A stretch of DNA of 64,000 nt from Felis catus (GCF_018350175.1 NC_058368.1:25298001-25362000); one strand, 5' to 3'. Shown: positions 25,151 through 38,689, numbered from the stretch's first letter. Notes: generated from the sequence alone by a model not told the origin. Made by a program: numbers and translations.

Positions 25151-25415
25151 AAGCTTTAGGTCACAGTGAACCTACAGACCTTCCCAGGAGGCTCCAAACA
25201 TCACAAAAGTCCGTGTTACTAAATAATGGTGCCCTTCTGTACTGAAGTCCACTCTAGGACACTTCATTACAAAAGCTCACATTTCAGGAACAGATGAACA
25301 GAACTGGTAGGCACTTCTGCTCAGAGACCTAGAAATAAAAATCCTCTAAGATGTGACAGCACTGGACCCTACAGGCTTCGAGCAGAAAGCAAGTGTTGAT
25401 CGTGGTGGTTTCTTC

Positions 25416-25636
25416 TTTTTTTTTTTTTTTTCAACGTTTTTATTTATTTTTGGGACAGAGAGAGACAGAGCATGAACGGGGGAGGGGCAGAGAGAGAGGG
25501 AGACACAGAGTTGGAAACAGGTTCCAGGCTCCGAGCCATCAGCCCAGAGCCTGACGCGGGGCTCGAACTCCCGGACCGCGAGATCGTGACCTGGCTGAAG
25601 TCGGACGCTTAACCGACTGCGCCACCCAGGCGCCCC
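25416..25636 (-). mobile_element. Can-SINE (young type)
   Basis: TSD cgtggtggtttcttctt. Confidence 0.95.
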
Positions 25637-26907
25637 CGTGGTGGTTTCTTCTTAATGAGAGGCAGAGAGCCGGCCGTTGGGACTTCAAAATAAAGCCTTG
25701 CTTTTCTCAGGAGCCCAGCACTCAGAGTATACATGTTTACCGTCAAATACCTCATGCAAAAATAAGGCTCCTGGGGCTTCCTTGACTATTTCAGCAACGA
25801 CTCAAAGCAAAGCTTCAGGCATGCATGCCACCGTCAGAAGGTGGACACGGATTAGCTACACCGGGAAGTAAATTCCTTCTGGCTGCCGTACCACATCAAG
25901 TCTTCCTTTATTTGACTAGCTGGACCGGCGAAAGTCTGAGTTGTTTAGAACTCCTTTTCACCCTCGAATGGAAAAGTAAACCAATTCTATCCAAAATATT
26001 TAGGGAAAAAAAAAAAAAATTCGTCACCAAGGAGGCTCCAAGTTAGATCCTGGATCGAAATAAAATATACTACACGATTTGTCTCGCGAAAAATCAGCTT
26101 CCTTGCCGCAGCGTGGACAAGCTCCAATTTAATGGCCCCATGAAAGTGTTTCCTGCTGTGCTGAGAGGCAAGATCGCATCACTCCTCTGTGAACTATGGA
26201 AGAAATCTATCCTTGAGGCCTTGTGGGCAAGAACACAGATTTAGGGGGTCAAAACACCAAGCATTTCCATTCATGACCTCACCACACGAACCCCTAATTA
26301 ATTATGGGTATCCTAATGTGAAAAATACTCTCATAAGTGAAGGGTGACCTACTCCCATTCATAAGCAGACCACACATCAGTCATAACTCCCCAAACGCCA
26401 CGAAGGAGCTGCTCGATTTGTATCTGTGTTGAACTTCAAGTGCTGCATAATTTATATCTAAAATCCACTCTCATACGCCTGCTCAAAGACCCACTCTGAC
26501 CTTCGCTCCCAATCCCAACTGCATTAAAAGGGACTATAAATCACTGGAACACAGCACCCAGTCACAGCCCAGCTCTCTCAAAGCAGGCGAGTTTCTCACC
26601 TTGATGAGTTCATCATCCCCTAGAACAGGTTCTAAAAATTGTTCACATTTTGAGATAATAGTCCAAGGATTCTTTATTCTACCCTGTGGCTCACTCCTCA
26701 CCTAGGTGAAGTGTATGCATACAGACAAAAGGAGCAGCTGGGCTTTCATTTATGCCTTCCTTGAGAAGACCACCCTCGGGCCCATGCTTACACCCACCAA
26801 TGGACCTGTCCTCAATTTAACAGAGCTCTGGTTTCGTCTCAACAGACCTTATATCCAGGGGTAGCACAAAATATAAGGATATGATCCTTACATCTAAAGA
26901 TCTCCTT

Positions 26908-27150
26908 GGGGTGCCTGGGTGGCTCAGTCGGTTGGGCATCTGACTCTTGGTTTTGGCTCAGGTCATGATCTCACAGTTTGTGAGTTCGAGCCCCACCTGG
27001 GACTTCATGCTGAAGTGCAGGTGCAGAGCCTGCTTGGGATTCTGTCTCTCCCTCCCTCTCTCCCTCTCTCCCTCTCTCTCTCTCTGACCCTCCTGAGCTT
27101 GTGTGCTCACTCACCCTAAGTAAATTATAAATGAAAAAATAAAAATAAAT
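26908..27150 (+). mobile_element. Can-SINE (older type)
   Basis: TSD aaagatctcctt. Confidence 0.9.
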
Positions 27151-27242
27151 AAAGATCTCCTTGACTCTGGATCAAAAGTGAGAATACATGTTTACATTGT
27201 CCTTTCCTTACAGCAAAGCTTTGCTTTAAAGTACAAATATTT

Positions 27243-27466
27243 GGGGCGCCCGGGTGTCTCAGTCGGTTGAGCGTGCGACTTGGGCTCAGGTCATGATCTC
27301 ACAGTTCGTGGGTTCGAGCCCCACATCAGGCTCTGTGCTGACTGCTTGCTCAGAGCCTGGAGCCTGCTTCAGATTCTGTGTCCCCTTCTCTCTCTGCCCC
27401 TCCCCCGCTCACGCTTTGTCTCACTCTGTTTCTCAAAAATAAATAAATGTAAAAAAAAATTTTTTT
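27243..27466 (+). mobile_element. Can-SINE
   Basis: TSD agtacaaatattt. Confidence 0.95.
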
Positions 27467-28811
27467 GAGTACAAATATTTGATTCCTAAACAACAATATT
27501 TTGTTTTCTCTGCTTTGCCAGGGAAGGAAATCTTTGAAAATTTCTCTCAGTCCCGGATGCACTTAAATCAGTTGTGCTGATAATGCGGATAGCACGAAGT
27601 CTACTCCCCCACCCTCACCGAAAATCATTAGAGAGAACCAGAAGCCCTGAGGCAAACAGGTGCAGCAAAAAGAGGCTTCTCCTAGCAGTTTCCAGGGAGA
27701 TTGTCCAGAGATCCAGGAAGAACTGTGAGGAAGTCTCACTACCAACGGCCACCCAGCAGTGGGGCAGCTCGGGATTTTCCTTGGCAACCGTGATGTCATC
27801 TGTATCTTAGAAGGGGCTCGGTCCATCCAGCGTGGCGGCAGAGGGCTGGTAGGCTGGGACTATGGCCAAGCTTGGCATCCCATGTGTATGTCTAGAGAGG
27901 ACTAGTGCTCTTGATATTGACATTTGTAGGTCCTGTTCGAGGGGCTCTGGGCCGATGACCCCCACAATGGCGTATCTGACTGACGCCCTGTCCCCGCAAT
28001 CTACCAGGAATACATGTTGTTGGCCCCTTGCAGAGGCACACACAACTTAGGAGTATCCTAAAAGCAAGCTGACCGCCCTGCTAGAAAGAAGGTGAAGGAG
28101 CTTAGAACATACCTCTTTACCTTCTAGTTTATTAAGAGGTTTGAAGTTTCCCAGGCGGGAGCTAACACCACAAGAAGAAGAATCTTCCAGATTGGCCACC
28201 GTATACAGTACAGTTAGATCTGCTGTACAACCAAATACATGCCGTGGTGAGACTCTCACGTGGTGTTTGATTTCTTTCCTTCTTTTTCCTTCCCCCCCTC
28301 CCCCATTTTTAGCTAATTCTTCAGCAATGACTTCTTTCTGGTGGTCAAGGGCTCTGTACAGAAGAGCCAAGGCAACGATGTACTGATCTCTGTGTCCTTC
28401 CTATATTCTTGAGCACGGAGACCTTTCTCTGGTCTCTCTTCCTCTGGGGTACAATTTGCGTGGCTGGCATACATAAGGAAGGAGGGTGTCCTTCCGTTCT
28501 TCAACTAGAGAAGGTATACGAGGGAAACATCACTTCCAGGAGAGAAAAGGCTGATTGTTCATGAAGAGGCAAGATTTGCAAAATATTTTTGCACCCCTCG
28601 TGCCCTTTAGGAAAAAAAAAATGTTCTCGGAGTTTCAGCTGTCAGGCCAGTTACTCTAAGGATGAGAAGGTAGAAATCCAAATGAGAGTAAGAATCAAGA
28701 ACGATTACCTACCACTAATCAGGATGTGATGTTTGGAACCCAGTAATGAGTAAGACCCTGATGATGGTTAAAACAAAGCCCCCAGTGCCTGGATTCTAAA
28801 AGGGGATCAAG

Positions 28812-29050
28812 GGGACACCTGGGTGGCTCAGTTGGTCAAGTGTCCGACTTTGGCTCAGGTCATGATCGCACAGCTCATGAGTTCGAGTCCCGCGTGGGGC
28901 TCTGTGCTGACAGCTCAGAGCCTGGAGCCTGCTTCAGATTCTGTGTCCCCCGCCTCTCTCTCTCTCTGCCTCTCCCCCACTTGTGCTCTCTCCTCTCTCT
29001 CTCTTTCTCTCTCTCTCAAAAAAAAAAGCATTTAAAAAAATTTTTTAAAT
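28812..29050 (+). mobile_element. Can-SINE
   Basis: TSD taaaaggggat. Confidence 0.95.
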
Positions 29051-30457
29051 AAAAGGGGATAAAGGTGGTACCCAACTTTATAAAGAACAGGTGCCCCTGG
29101 CAATTGCCAAGTGTTCTGTCAAACGGTAATATCTGGAAAGATGTTCAGTTGGACTCTCCCTGAGTCTGAGTCTGCAGTCGCCTGGAACGATTTGAATAAA
29201 CGACAGAGAAACCACTGGCATGGCTTGTGAAAAGCAAATGAGCAGCCTACCTTCACTTGGCTCTGTGGGAAGAGTGACAGGCAGATGCTAGAAAGCAGTA
29301 GACGTTATCTCCAAAAACTTCAGTTAGGCTCTGGGAGTTCTCATTGCCACCAGCAACCTAAGGAATTGGCCTCTGAGTGAGGGATCTTGGGAGCTGGTGG
29401 CTGGAGAGGACAGAAATCCCAGCTTTGGGAATGACGAGAAGCCAGAAGGCAGGGGACTCCCCACCAGGCAGGAGAGGGGTCCGTTCACCTCTGTCCTGCT
29501 TCAGGGGTCGGTGGATAGGCGGACAGCGGCAGGATTTCTCTGGGCTCCGGGAAGTTACTCCCTTTGGTACTGTCTGCTCTGTCCCCCCTTATCCTCTTTT
29601 CCAGGCTTTCAAACAGCTCTGCCAGAGTCAACGTTGAGGAGTAACAACAAAAGTCAACCCGCTTACTTAACTCTTTCCTAACATCCAGGAACGTGTCTTC
29701 ATTTGGTGCTGGTGACGCTTCCAGTGGCTTCTGTGGATCCTAGCAAAGGAATCCATTTTCCTTACGCTTACTTTCCTGACCTTGAACCTACATTAAATAT
29801 CTACTGTGTAACAAATATGAACCATTGCTAAAGTAGCCACTTGTCCGAGTGTGTCCAGGCAGCTCCAATTCATGTCTATTGTCCTCGCAGAATTATTCCT
29901 ATCTCCCCCCCTCGCTGACATAGGGTCCTGGTGTGGATGACAGATGATACACGCTCGCCCCGGAGGGGGGACGTGGGTGGTTCTTCCCCCTCCCCCCCCC
30001 CCCCGCCAGTCTCTCCTCTCCTCTCCTCATCATCGCCTATTTCTCTCTAGCTCATTACTTTTCAGCCATACCAGAGATCATGGGTAATTTCTTATTCATA
30101 TCCCACTTACTTCTAAAAAGGGTGAAAATGCTATACAGTGCACTCACTTGGCAAATATTTCGTGGGAGCCTGAAGTTCCATGAGCACTATCGGAAGCATA
30201 GGTACACACAAGGTTGTTCAAATAAAAGTTAAAATTGAAGACGACGAGAAAACATACGGAGGAGGCTGTTACTGAGTTAGAGACCATGGGGGAAACTGTG
30301 CTTGTAATTCCTTCCTTCTATGTCTGACCTTGAGCTTCCCAGTAGTAAAACCAAAAAGTAAATTACAATGCATAACATCAATCATCTCGCCTAAGGAAAT
30401 ACAACTTGGACAAAACAGATACTTTTTCTTCTGACACACAGTCTCATAGAATCTAAT

Positions 30458-31410
30458 CATCCATTCAGTCGGTATTTACTGAGGACCTACTCTGTCCCAG
30501 GTAGTGCTCTCGGTGGTGAGCTACAGAAGTGAATCAAACAGAGCAGACGGACAAACGTCTTTGCCCTCAGGGAGCTTCCACCCAGTGGAGCAAGACAGAC
30601 AATAAATAAAACACATAGTATCTCAGACAGTAGTGAGTGCTACAGAGAAAAATGAAGCTGGAATGGAGAAGAAAGGGAGCTCAGAGAGGGGCCTGCAGTT
30701 TTCATGGGGTGGTCAGGAAACCCTGGCTGAGAAGGTAACCTTCGAGGACAGACGGGAGGGGGGAAGAGGGAGGGATCATGTGGCTATCTGGGAGGAATCT
30801 TCTGGACAGAAATCCCCCCCCACCCCTCCCCAACCCTGAGACGGGGGCATGCGAGACCAGTGTGGCTCCGGTAAGGTGAATCAGGAGCAGATCACCATGA
30901 CGTCAAGTCAGACATGGGAAGGTGGGGGCGGGACAGGAAGTGGAGATCTTGGGTTTTTCCTTCCGGTAAGACAGAAAGTCATGGGATGATTTTGAGCAGA
31001 GAATGGGTCATGACCCGACATATTTTACAGGATTATCCTGGTAGAGGAACAACATGCAGAAGTAGAGCGGCCAGTGAAAGAGTCTATGAAATTTTCCAGA
31101 ATCGAGAAGGTGGTGAGAAGTGACCAGATTCTGAGTGTGTGTTAAAGGGAAAGGCAACAGAATTTGATAAATGGTTACATGTGAGGGGCGGGGAGAGAGA
31201 GAGAGAGAGAGAGAGAGATACGCCAAGATGGTTCTGAGATGCTTGGCCTGAGCAGTGGAGTTGCTGTTTATTGAGATGACTGAAGGAGGAGCAGACGGTG
31301 GGGGAAGATCGGGAGTTTGATTTGGGCCGTGTTAAATGAGATATGCCTACTGGACACCTGAGTATTAATGTCAAGTCAGGCAGGTGGTCAGATACGAGTC
31401 TGGGGTTCTC
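30458..31410 (-). mobile_element. L2 (about 950 bp)
   Basis: cattcagtcggtatttactgaggacctactctgtcccagg...tgccctcagggagctt reverse 3' end, then purine-rich L2 body. Confidence 0.8.
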
Positions 31411-31481
31411 ATGAATCCTCACATAAAGGATATGGGTGGTAAAACAAGCAAGGTCTTGATCTTAAGAATTATTGTCTGCCA

Positions 31482-31713
31482 GGGGCGCCTGGGTGGCGCA
31501 GTCGGTTAAGCGTCCGACTTCAGCCAGGTCACGATCTCGCGGTCCGTGAGTTCGAGCCCCGCGTCGGGCTCTGGGCTGATGGCTCAGAGCCTGGAGCCTG
31601 CTTCCGATTCTGTGTCTCCCTCTCTCTCTGCCCCTCCCCCGTTCATGCTGTGTCTCTCTCTGTCTCAAAAATAAATAAAAAAACGTTAAAAAAAAAATTA
31701 AAAAAAAAAAAAA
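31482..31713 (+). mobile_element. Can-SINE (young type)
   Basis: 18-bp TSD aagaattattgtctgcca. Confidence 0.95.
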
Positions 31714-32163
31714 AAGAATTATTGTCTGCCAAACTACAAAACACTTGTCTTAGGACCATTTTCTTTCAGTCTGTGATTAAAATCAAGGTCATACTTTTCA
31801 CATCACAGCTAAGTGAAGGTATTTCTGGAAACAGCCAAATTAGTATAGCGAATGCCCTAAAACATCTTGCCGTTGGGATTCTAACTTGGAATGAGAATAG
31901 AGCTTCCTGAAGCTGGCGGAATGAGCAGTTTACACAGACCTTTGTCTCTCTCAGCAATGTTTCAGGTTTGCCTTTGGCAAGAGTGAGCTCTTTGATTGCA
32001 CTTATTCTCCAGGGTAGATCGTTTGGTGGCGGGGTTGACGTTTTGCTATGAAAAGAAAAAAAAAAAAAGAGTCCGATAAATTCTCACCCAGATCAAAGCT
32101 GGTTTCATCCTTACTTGGAGGCAGGTCACTATAACGCCTGAAAGACCTACCCAAATGTTTCCC

Positions 32164-32343
32164 TTTTTTTCATTCTTATTTATTTATTTTGAGATAGAGT
32201 GCACAACGAGCAGGGAAGGGGCAGAGAGAGAGAGAGAGGGAGAGAGAGAATCCCAAGCCAAACTCAGGGCTCGATCCCACAAACTGGGAGATCGTGACCT
32301 GAGCCAAAACCAAGAGTCGGGCGCTTAACTGACTGAGCCACCC
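32164..32343 (-). mobile_element. Can-SINE (older, internally deleted type)
   Basis: Reverse head and AG tract. Confidence 0.85.
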
Positions 32344-32884
32344 CGATAATCCCACCCCACCCCCGGTCTTTCTTTAAAAGGAGCTGTGAATTTACTCAAA
32401 TGGGCAGCCAAATCCCAAGCTGAGACCTCAGAATGATAAGCTGGTGCCTGGCAACAATTTGGAATTGTCCAAGTTGAGATGTCGTATTTTCTTGGCAAAA
32501 GAATGGATCTCAGACAGTGGCTTACGCATGCAGATGTAAGTTAATCCTTTCCCCAGCCAAATAAGAAAAGTGTCTATAATTCTTCCGGGCCATACTAGTC
32601 TGGAGGGAAAAAATTGTGCAACTGTCAGAAACGCGGCAGAACTTTCAAAACAACGTAGCAGCAACATAAATGGGAAACCTCTATCACAGTTGGGTTTTGC
32701 TTCTGAAAGTATAAAAAAATCACAACCTTTTAAAATTCCTCGAAGCCAGAGACTTCGTTCGTCTTGTTAAGTCTGCATCCCGGAACCCTACTCCTAGAAC
32801 AATGCGGGCACACAGTAGGCATGCATAAGATACTGACAAAGTAATGCATCAATCGACGTTTACAAATTAAAGCAAAACCTCTGA

Positions 32885-32898
32885 GCGCCATCTTGTGG
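32885..32898 (-). promoter_or_regulatory. CTCF motif (overlaps a YY1-like core)
   Basis: Minus strand CCACAAGATGGCGC matches the CTCF core CCASYAGRKGGCRS with one mismatch. Confidence 0.6.
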
Positions 32899-33167
32899 AA
32901 GGCCTGACCACGCCGCCATCCAAGATTACAGTCACCAGCCTGGGGAATGGACGCTGAAATTGTGACAGGGCTTTGGTGGCCCTGGACTATTGGAAGTAGT
33001 GGACTAGGAAACTGTCTTGAAGCTGCGTTGGAAAACCAATTCTGCTTCTTAGATTCACGTGAGCTTGATGGACGTTATAGGGGGCTACAAAAGTTCCCCC
33101 ATGCAGCCCTTGGCACTGGCCCTGAGAATCATTGAGAGGTATAGCTCTCTGAAGTTGTCTTTGACCA

Positions 33168-33381
33168 GGGCGCCTGGGTGGCTCAGTCGGGTGAGCGTCC
33201 GACTTCAGCTCAGGTCATGATCTCACAGTTCGTAGGTTCGGGCCCCGCGTCGGGCTCTGTGCCGACAGCTCAGAGCCTAGAGCCTGCTTTGGATTCTGTG
33301 TCTCCCTCTCGTTCTATCCCCTCCCCCACTCGTGCTCTGTCTCTCAAAAATAAATAAATGTTAAAAAAACATTAAAAAAAA
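33168..33381 (+). mobile_element. Can-SINE
   Basis: TSD aagtwgtctttgacca. Confidence 0.95.
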
Positions 33382-34559
33382 AGTAGTCTTTGACCAGTTC
33401 CCCCTCACCAAAAATTGTTGTAATAACCTAGCCTCCTTTGTGTTTCAAGAGATCCTTGAGAACCAAAGATGCAAAGAGCTCTTTGGACATCCTGTGTAGC
33501 ATCCTGTGTCTTCCTGTTTTCCCTACACTCCTCCCCAACTCACGGAGGCTCCTGCCGTCACCCCATAGTACTGGTAAGGACTTGGCCTCTCCGTTTCTGC
33601 ACCAGGGAGGAGGAGAGGCATAAATAATTATCTGGTCACCTTCGTCTTGCTTACCTCCTATGGGACCATCAAGCAGAGAACCATTGAGAACCCCCAAGTT
33701 TCTCTGTGCCCCATGCCCTCACTCCGGAGCTGTTTTCTCTGTCATTCTCACCGCCTTCCCAAGAACCTGACACAGGCCACTGAGAGACAAGATGAAGAAA
33801 CCCAGTGACACTCAGACATGCACAGGGTACTCATGATTCTTCAGGCTTTATGGATACCCGGAATTTACACAATGTGATGAACACTCTTCAAGAAAAAGAA
33901 TTTAAAAGTACAAATTTAGGTGCCAACGTGAATATTTATTTAGAATGGGAAAAGAAATCACTGACATTTCAAAGATCCGGGACCTATCGTTCTCAACTGT
34001 GTGTGACAACTGACCAGAAATAGGTCGCAACCGGGCCTCCTTGTGCACCTGGGCCACTCTTTGCAACTGCCAGCAAAGCCATTCAAGGGACCAGAACCTG
34101 TGACCTTCGCTGGCTTCCTCTTATGGACTCTGTCCCCTTAGGGTGGCTGCCTGCTCCCTGAACCCCCCAGTAGTACCCCCAGAGAGAGCAAAGAGGCCGC
34201 TGTCCTCTCGGCCGCCTGAGGGTCTTTGTCCTGGGGACCAGCATAAGTGAGTCTCAGCAGGGTGTCTCCTGGGAAAACACCCCGCCCCCCTCCCCGGCAC
34301 CAACCCCCCCCCCCCCACCCAGCCTGCAGCCCTTCTGCAGGCCCGGTCGAGTTAAAGGCGGTCAGCTTTGTGAGCCTCAGACCCCACTCCCCTCCATCTC
34401 AGCCACCCACCAAGCTCAGCCCTGGGCCCCAGGACTGCGGAAAGCTAACATCGCGCTGTACGGTTTTGTAATCAGAAAAACGAAGCTATAAACGTTACAT
34501 ACTATTAAATAAAGAACAAAGCAAAACAAAACCCCACCCAGTCTTTGCCGACCCTCCTC

Positions 34560-34960
34560 TACCCGGGAGGGGCAGGAGCGCGGGCGCTAGCGGGCTGCAA
34601 ACACCGGCAGTCTGCGGTCCACCGGTTCCCTTTGGGGGGCACCTGACCCAGGGGACCCTGGTGCAAATAATGAGGAAAACTTTCTGGCCAGCCACTGCCG
34701 CTTGGCCCAAGCACTTCCTCCTGGAGCGGAGAGGCTGGGGCAGGGAAGAGGAGGAGGCGCACAGGCTGGGAACTCCAGGCGGCGCTGCGAACTCGGGACG
34801 CCGTTCCCATGGTAACCGAGCGCCCGAAACACACAAACGCCGGGGCCCCAGGGCCTTTTGGCTGGATCTGCGCCGCCGCTGTCTGGCTTGGGTAAGGCTT
34901 CGCTCATTAGCCTCCTAGTGCTGCTGTAGGAGCCCAGACTCCCTCCTCCGGCCCCCACTG
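34560..34960 (+). promoter_or_regulatory. CpG-rich probable ERICH6B promoter with RFX X-box
   Basis: Locally GC/CpG-rich; X-box GTTCCCATGGTAAC at 34803-34816; splice donor 75 nt downstream; about 14.6 kb upstream of the first coding exon. Confidence 0.65.
34817..34891 (+). other. ERICH6B: probable non-coding exon 1 of ERICH6B (5' end unknown)
   Basis: Donor TGG|gtaagg at 34891/34892 just downstream of the X-box in the CpG-rich patch. Confidence 0.5.
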
Positions 34961-37650
34961 GGCAGGAGAGAGAGGGGAACGGTGTGGAGGGTCTGGGAAA
35001 CTAAGAAGCATCAACACGCAGCCTTCTTTGTTTCTCTCCCCGTTCTCTGCCCCTCCCTTCGTTAGCCTTTCTGTTCCCTGCTTCGCTTCGCTAACCTTTG
35101 TGAAGGCCGGTGTTGGCTCATGACTCCCCTACAAATAAAGGAGAACTGGGTCCGTTCCACTCCAGAGAGCCTCTGGCTCTGGCAGTGAAGGAAAAACTGC
35201 GGGTGTGGAGGTTGTGACTTCCTCCTCCCAGGCCTGCGTAGCCCAGCCAAATAAGCAGAAGAAGAATTCCCCAGATGGAAAATTCCAGCCTTGCCTACAA
35301 ACAAGTTCCTGGGACCCAAAGCCAATCACTCGGTTTCCTTGTGTTCCCTTCCCCCACCTGTAAAATGGTAGAGAAACAGCGTTCCTAACCATCCAGGGAG
35401 GTGGTGAGGAGTGTCCCTTGGCCGATGTTCCACAGGTGTTCGGTGCCAGGCACCTACCTGCTCAAGGTCACCCTCCTTGAAAGCGCCAACCTGAATACAT
35501 TTGAAATTCTAGTTATAAAAAAGGCCTTAGGAAATGATGTTTTAATGAGTACACTGGGGTGTCTACACTGCTAAAAAAAAAAAAAAAAAAAAAAAGCACC
35601 GATTGCTCTAAGGGGTGGGGGTCAAAAGAACTTTTTGACTTCAGTGTTTGTCCCCTGGCATTTTTTTAATGTGGGTCCAGATCTGCCTGGGCGTGGCGCC
35701 CTGGAACTCCGCAAAGCAGGCCATCAGTTGGTCCCACAAGAGGGAAGGCAGCCGCCTTCGGCCAAGAATCCTGCCAGTTCACTAGAGGGGTTATATAAAC
35801 GGCCACTGAGGACAATAACTTCAGCAACAAAAAGGACTTGCATTTGCAAGGCACCATAGAATACCCTGGATCCTTCACAGAATTGAGGCTTCTCCCCTTG
35901 CTGCAGCTAGAGTTCCCAGCCTCGGCTGGCAGGGCCCCAGCCACACCCAAGGCCCTGCCACCCACTCCGTTCTCTTCAACAGAGGCATCCTTGCTGTCTG
36001 AGCCCACCCACAGCCCATCTCTTGGTGGCCTCTCCTAGCAGGAGGGAAAGTTGCATGAAAATTCCAAACCGGAAATGAGATGTGCGGCCAGTCTCCTGTG
36101 TGCCTTTTCTTCCTATGGACCATCTATCCAGTGCACAGACTTCTGTTGAAATCCTGCCACGTGCCAGGGGTCGTGTGAGGCTACCGACCCAGTGGCTGAG
36201 GCAGACACGCAAACAAATGCAAATGGCGCGTGTGGGAAAGAAAGGACACGCGAGAGCTGTGGTGAAAAGCTCTCTGGAAGCTTCCTCTGGAAGCACGTCT
36301 TCACAGAGGAGGCGACGGTGACTTGGGTTTTAAAGAATTACAGACTTTAAATTGCTTTAGGAAATCCAAGACCCATCTGGGACCCCCAAAAAAGAAGTCC
36401 CACTCGGGAAGAGCTGGTGGAAACGTGTGCTGCGTTTTCTCCAGAAAAGGAAGCAGGACTATGAATGCGCTGAGGTAGAAAACCAAGAGGAGACAGAAAC
36501 ATGGGCCAGAGGACGCCCAGGCAGGAGGACTGTTCAGTAGACTGAGCCCTCAGTCCTAGCTCTGCGATGCTTGTGGAGCCCACTCTGACTAGAGGTAATC
36601 TATGACTGGCCGAAGGCCTGGCCTTCTCCCAAGTTGACTCTTAATGCTCAGTAACGTAACACTGTTAACAGGGCCTCCTTCTAGACGTATCAAGGACTGA
36701 TAGGGAATACACGAGCCCTACACGTCATGTCTTGAATAAGCCGGACTGTTCTAGAACCAAAGTTCTCTCTAGTCTCTTATCGGAAGGAACGTATACAACT
36801 ATCTACCGAAATACAAGGCTTCTCTGGCGCCATAAGACGGGGGAAGCCCGGGGCCTCCCTGCTCTGCTGGTGTAGCTGGACTGAAATACACTGGAAAGTG
36901 GGGCCTGGGCAGCCATGAGTCCTCAGCCTAGCCCTTGTTGGTCTCCTGGGATCTGAGGGGTTTTCCTGGCCTCTTCACTTCCGCTTAGTGTTGCTCCAAA
37001 TCCCTTAGTCCACAAACATATGCCTATGTTCTTCCCGCCCCACCCAAAATAGGAAGTGCTGGTTTAATAACAAAGAGTTTGTTGAGTTTTGTATATCTAA
37101 CCCCTCCAAACTCCAACTGTCCATGCCCTTTTTGACTCATCCCTTTACCTTTTAGAAGAAAGGGGTGCTGAGGCAGCACGCCCCGGGTCCCGAACCTACT
37201 TCTCAGCTCCAAATCCATGAAAGACCCTCCAGTCCTGTTTTCACCAGCGGTTGTGACAAACTTCGGCTTTACGCTGGTTCAGCTTTGAGGCATGCTTTTG
37301 GAGCTCAGCTATGTGTGGGCAGCTACAACCATGCGCTCAGGGCCCCGGGAGCCACTCCTGACCCTGTTCACAGACACTCTCGAAGGAAATAAACACCGTC
37401 AGCTCGCTTCACCCAGGTCGTAATGTTCTCAACTGACAACAGGTGGAGCTCATCAGCCCTAACCAACTCCATCTGTGCAACCGACTTTCTACAGCGTTGC
37501 AGGAATTCTGGGAAGCACTGAGGAGACAGTCAACACCTCACAGTGGCCCAGGGGCCACTAATTCCCAGAACTTTGTAGCCTCTTGGCCGCTGAGGTTTCT
37601 TTCCTCAGGAGGGGCTCACGGCCTCAGAGGTATCCCTCTTTGAACAAGCC

Positions 37651-37722
37651 ATGGGTCCACCATAGGATAATGCGTCCACCATGGGATCATGGGTCCACCA
37701 TGGGATAATGGGTCTACCAAGG
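37651..37722. repeat. 19-bp tandem repeat, about 3.8 copies
   Basis: Unit ATGGGTCCACCATGGGATA at 37651, 37670, 37689, partial at 37708. Confidence 0.9.
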
Positions 37723-38098
37723 TCACCTGTTCTCTGTCCTACAAAATTCCTAACACCTGGGAACTTGTAGGATCCTCGCGCCATCCCGGCTCTACAACAC
37801 CAGCAGACAAGCCATTCTGCCTGGATTCCTGAAGATTCCAGTCTTCATATTGAGGACAACCTAAAGGACTGGGTCATTATGCTTAGATGAACCCCACGAG
37901 CAATCATAACAAGAAGTCCCTTTGCTCTTGGTCTTACGAGCCTTTCTAACTGGGCATGGGCATTTTCACATCACAAATGACCCCCTTCCTTTCTCATATT
38001 GTCCCTCCCTGGTCTCTCATTGAAATCTAGAATGCTCCCTGCTTTTCCAGTCCACCATGTGAAAACTTCAACTTGCTAGCCAAGACAGCTAAACTTGA

Positions 38099-38320
38099 TT
38101 TTTTTATTTTAATTATTTTGATTTGTATTTATATTTGAGAGATAAATTGGGGGGGGGGTTAATGAACAGAGGAGGGGCAGAGAGAGAGGGAGATAGGGGG
38201 TCTCAAGCAGGCTCTATATGGTCAGCACGGAGCCCAATGAGGGGCTCAAACCCACAAGCCATGAGATCACGATCTGAGCTGAAGTCAGACACTCAACAAA
38301 TTGAGCTACCCAGGTGCCCC
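38099..38320 (-). mobile_element. Can-SINE (diverged)
   Basis: TSD agctaaayttgattttt. Confidence 0.9.
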
Positions 38321-38689
38321 AGCTAAATTTGATTTTTTAGGGAGGTCCACCAGGGGGAAGAGAGGAGCCCCATTAGGCAGGCAGACAGGAGACAGGAGAG
38401 AGGGCTGTATCACTGAGCAGTAATAGCATAGCCCTTTTCATAAATAAACCCTCCTTCTCCCTCTACACAGCATTCTCTTTCCACGTCATTATGGTGGCTA
38501 GAGCCTACCCCCTGCCCTCCCAGCCCTAGAACATCCTTTGGCTAGCTTCAACTAAGTGGGGACTGCCTATGTCCCCACGGGCCCACCCACTCCCCCCCCA
38601 GAAACCAGATATAATGCTGGCCTCCTCCTAGCTCCATATTTCCTCCCCTTTCAGACGCTCCTCCAGCTTATATTGACATTCTCCTCCTG

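Noticed and set aside
27930..28513. Two exon-like segments with AG acceptors and protein-looking translations containing stops
   Set aside because: I recognise no protein family and all frames are interrupted, so a pseudogene cannot be supported without blastx.
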